Shown piece after piece: positions 63,019 to 64,000 of a stretch of 64,000 nt of DNA. Under the pieces are notes generated by a model. It saw only the letters and a list, made by a program, of their open reading frames with translations. It was not told the origin of the DNA and did not search any database. The DNA is from Rhizomicrobium sp. (GTDB lineage Bacteria; Pseudomonadota; Alphaproteobacteria; Micropepsales; Micropepsaceae), in NCBI GenBank assembly GCA_035279305.1, contig DATEIA010000041.1, forward strand, positions 6,082 through 70,081, written 5' to 3'. Numbering within the stretch: position 1 is the stretch's first letter; each line of letters starts with the position of its first letter. The position numbers and the translations under genes were made by a program.

Positions 63019-64000
63019 ATGGGGAATTTTTTAAGAGCGCGGACGGGCCGCAGGTCGCCTGCCACAGCCGCAACATGTTCTGCCGTCGCATTGAGCATGC
63101 TGACTGCACTGATGATGCAGTCCACCGCGACCTATGCACAGCAGTCCGCTGAACTGGTCATCCATAACGGATTGATCATCAACGCCACCGGCAAGATGGC
63201 GGGCGACATCCGCATCCAGGGCGAGAAGATCGTCGAGATCGCGCCGCACATCACCGCTTCGCCCGGTGCGAAGGAGATCGACGCCACCGGCAAGTTTCTG
63301 ATGCCGGGAATCATCGACACCCATACCCATCTGCCCGTTGATGTCAGCATCACGCCGCCGGCGAAAGGCAACCAGGACAACATCATCACCGGCGGAAGGG
63401 CCGCGCTGGCCGGCGGAGTAACCTTGCTGGGTGACTTTATCGGGATCAAGAATGACGAGGATCCCAATGTCTATGCAGATCGCAACATTGCCTTCATTCA
63501 CAAGAATTCCATCGCCGACGTTTACATCCACGCCAGTGTCCAGCCGCTGGACACGCCCAAGGGTGCGCCGCCCGACCCGCTAACGCAGAAGAAGACTTTC
63601 GATGCGCTTGCCGCGCGTGGCATCGTCAGCACTGGTGAAGACTTCATGGCGCGCGAGGCCTATGACAAGAACTCGCTGGCCTGGATGCACCTGTTCCGCG
63701 TATCGGGCGAGGCCGGCGTGGTCAGCATGGTGCACGCCGAGGATTATTCCATCCTGGCCGATGCGCAGGAACAGCTGGCGCTCAAGGACAATGGCGCTGG
63801 CCTCTCTATCAAGAACTTCAGTGCCAGCGCGCCGGTCATTGGCGAAGTGCTGGCTGTCCAGCGCACGATGGCGATCGCCGAAGCCACCGGCTCGCCCATG
63901 TATATCCTGCACATGACATCGGGCCGTGCGCTGAAGGTGGTCGAGGATGCCAAGCGCCGCGGCCTGACGGTCTATGCGGAATCGCGGCCCTGGAACCTGT
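63019..64000 (+). CDS. second exported cyclic amidohydrolase paralog (partial, runs off window)
   Basis: ATG 63019, near-identical leader, PGIIDTHTH, HAED, HMTS; absent from the ORF track because no stop in the window. Confidence 0.88.
   Translation, partial: MGNFLRARTGRRSPATAATCSAVALSMLTALMMQSTATYAQQSAELVIHNGLIINATGKMAGDIRIQGEKIVEIAPHITASPGAKEIDATGKFLMPGIIDTHTHLPVDVSITPPAKGNQDNIITGGRAALAGGVTLLGDFIGIKNDEDPNVYADRNIAFIHKNSIADVYIHASVQPLDTPKGAPPDPLTQKKTFDALAARGIVSTGEDFMAREAYDKNSLAWMHLFRVSGEAGVVSMVHAEDYSILADAQEQLALKDNGAGLSIKNFSASAPVIGEVLAVQRTMAIAEATGSPMYILHMTSGRALKVVEDAKRRGLTVYAESRPWNL

Overview
High-GC alphaproteobacterial chromosomal window; the codon style and gene set suggest a Rhizomicrobium/Caulobacter-like lineage (inference). 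It has five blocks. (1) 1-4.8 kb: a FixJ-type signalling cluster (single receiver, His-less Hpt-like protein, FixJ) interleaved with CTAG-bounded palindromic elements, then gtrA and a VOC gene on an apparent insertion. (2) 4.8-21.4 kb: an NtrC-type two-component system divergent from a sigma-54 promoter (UAS pair, IHF site, -24/-12) driving a MacAB-like operon with four tandem ~820-aa permease paralogs, an MliC-like lipoprotein and an outer-membrane factor. (3) 21.5-41.7 kb: an island-like type I secretion locus: truncated tolC, hlyB, hlyD, an exported accessory gene, a 3934-aa RTX protein and an HlyC-type acyltransferase, followed by decayed prophage genes. (4) 41.9-51 kb: TonB-dependent receptor, moaA remnant, TPR-methyltransferase, Tat-exported VOC protein and a TPR protein. 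(5) 51-64 kb: ureDABCEFG-ureJ with a transporter-like hybrid kinase and a LuxR-type regulator, divergent from two tandem exported cyclic-amidohydrolase paralogs. Two candidates for undescribed biology stand out. The first is a CyaA-like acylated RTX toxin/adhesin with a Neisseria FrpC-like N-terminal domain, a putative partner/immunity gene and two apparently non-cleaving self-processing modules. The second is an 18-bp operator (ATACGTCAAAYNGCGTAN) found six times upstream of the TonB receptor, VOC, urease and both amidohydrolase genes, suggesting a urea/N-heterocycle scavenging regulon. All homology calls are by-eye recognition, not database searches.
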